A DNA stretch of 64,000 nt from Nitrosopumilus sp. (GTDB taxonomy: Archaea > Thermoproteota > Nitrososphaeria > Nitrososphaerales > Nitrosopumilaceae). A model generated the notes under the pieces. That model was not told the origin of the DNA, did no database searches, and worked only from the letters and a program-made list of their open reading frames with translations. Of this stretch, positions 63,763-64,000 are shown piece after piece. How positions within the stretch are numbered: position 1 is the stretch's first letter; each line of letters begins with the position of its first letter. The stretch is taken from NCBI GenBank assembly GCA_965207445.1, contig CBDBLX010000002.1, positions 1,111,849 through 1,175,848 on the forward strand, written 5' to 3'. Position numbers and translations under genes: made by a program.

Positions 63763-64000
63763 ATGATTGCCATGAAACGACAACATGGAGCATATTACAC
63801 AGAAAACAGTCCTTTTGAGTTAAAACCGTTTAAAAATTGGGCCATATCTGCAAATATATCACAGCACACCATACTAGAGCCATTTGCAGGTGCAAATAAC
63901 ATAATACGCATGCTCAAAAACCTTGGCATGTGCTCAAAATTTGTATCATTTGATATATGCCCTGCACATCACAATGTAAAACAATTTAATACTTTAAAGC
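63763..64000 (+). CDS. DNA methyltransferase (amino-MTase), N-terminal part, truncated by the window end
   Basis: Manual translation MIAMKRQHGAYYTENSPF...ILEPFAGANNI (motif X and motif I). Confidence 0.7.
   Translation, partial: MIAMKRQHGAYYTENSPFELKPFKNWAISANISQHTILEPFAGANNIIRMLKNLGMCSKFVSFDICPAHHNVKQFNTLK

Noticed and set aside
1..64000. tRNA, rRNA, integrase/provirus, reverse transcriptase or cas genes
   Set aside because: No recognisable signatures on either strand by inspection; a tRNAscan/Infernal run would be needed to exclude them formally

Overview
Chromosomal segment of an ammonia-oxidising archaeon (Nitrosopumilaceae-like). The assignment rests on CdvB/ESCRT-III, proteasome alpha, DUF371, an Hjc-like resolvase, a thiolase+DUF35 pair and thaumarchaeal-type hypothetical proteins. 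Low coding density, long AT-rich spacers, Asn/Gln/Thr-rich insertions in housekeeping enzymes and many decayed insertion sequences suggest a host-associated (e.g. sponge-symbiont-like) lineage; this is inference. The core backbone includes sir-like reductase, ilvA, purE/purK, thrC, psmA, ccdA+redoxin, cdvB and bioF/bioB. It is interrupted by mobile and defence material: (i) a ~6.3 kb IS1595-family element bounded by inverted repeats and an 8-bp target duplication, carrying a complete 1643-aa Type ISP restriction-modification enzyme as cargo; (ii) an IS110/IS1111-family element whose non-coding end folds into two stem/internal-loop/stem modules, with loop sequences matching its own junctions (candidate archaeal bridge/seekRNA); (iii) several IS66-type families, including 80-bp MITEs and nested IS66>ISH3>IS6 and IS66>IS5 structures; (iv) an IS5-type transposase with a 14x36-bp in-frame repeat inside its catalytic domain; (v) a DprA + truncated PRTase-like cassette between purE and purK; (vi) an HNH nuclease divergent from a DNA methyltransferase. 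A collagen-like protein, a stand-alone four-Cache-domain exported protein and two CAP proteins are also present. No rRNA, tRNA or CRISPR array was recognised.
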